DNA from: Eledone cirrhosa
Lineage: Eukaryota
Reading direction: 5' to 3'
DNA length: 64,000 bases
NCBI GenBank assembly: GCA_964016885.1
Contig: OZ024750.1
Span: forward strand, 36,580,001-36,644,000
A program made the position numbers and the translations under genes. Positions 63,671 through 64,000 of the stretch are shown in pieces. Under the pieces are notes generated by a model. It saw only the letters and a list, made by a program, of their open reading frames with translations, ran no database searches and was not told the origin of the DNA. Each line of letters begins with the position of its first letter. Within the stretch, counting starts at the first letter, position 1.

Positions 63671-64000
63671 GAAGGATGTAACCATTTATTTAATTATTTT
63701 GATTTATAAGTATGACAATATTAGAATTACAGTAAATATTTATTTGACATATATTCTTAACAGAAAAAACAAAACATCTTCTTCCTCTTTCCCTTTCTCT
63801 TCTCCTTACTCATCATCATCAATATATTTATGAAACCTCTAGTATATATATATATGATGATGATGATGATGATATATATATGTATATCATCATCGTTTAA
63901 TGTCCATCTACAACAATATAAAATTGGCTTCTACAGGACTATGATTTCTTTTAAAAGAAACAGTTCTAGTCCTGTAGAAGCCATTTCTGTATTAAACATA

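Overview
AT-rich eukaryotic (metazoan) genomic DNA, most likely intronic or intergenic sequence of an octopod cephalopod. That assignment is inferred from the RTE-LINE, CORE-SINE and Meta-SINE repertoire and the (AT)n density, and is not proven. The window is dominated by mobile DNA: one nearly intact RTE LINE (APE-RT with an internal C4HC3 PHD finger, one nonsense codon), many RTE fragments, Vingi, R4/Dong, HERO-like and L1/Tx1 fragments, four SINE families, piggyBac- and mariner-type MITEs, two non-autonomous Helitrons and several mini- and microsatellites. The most interesting signal is a set of Penelope-like-element (PLE) remnants next to (AT)n tracts. Two carry readable minimal hammerhead ribozymes (7831-7869 +, 28430-28478 -), others carry degenerate ones, and fold-back palindromes recur at their 5' junctions. 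The parts of a tripartite chimeric SINE can also be traced to donors within the window. No host gene could be identified; only weak exon candidates are offered. There are no rRNA genes, true tRNA genes or CRISPR arrays. Family names come from motif recognition, not database searches, and most boundaries are approximate.
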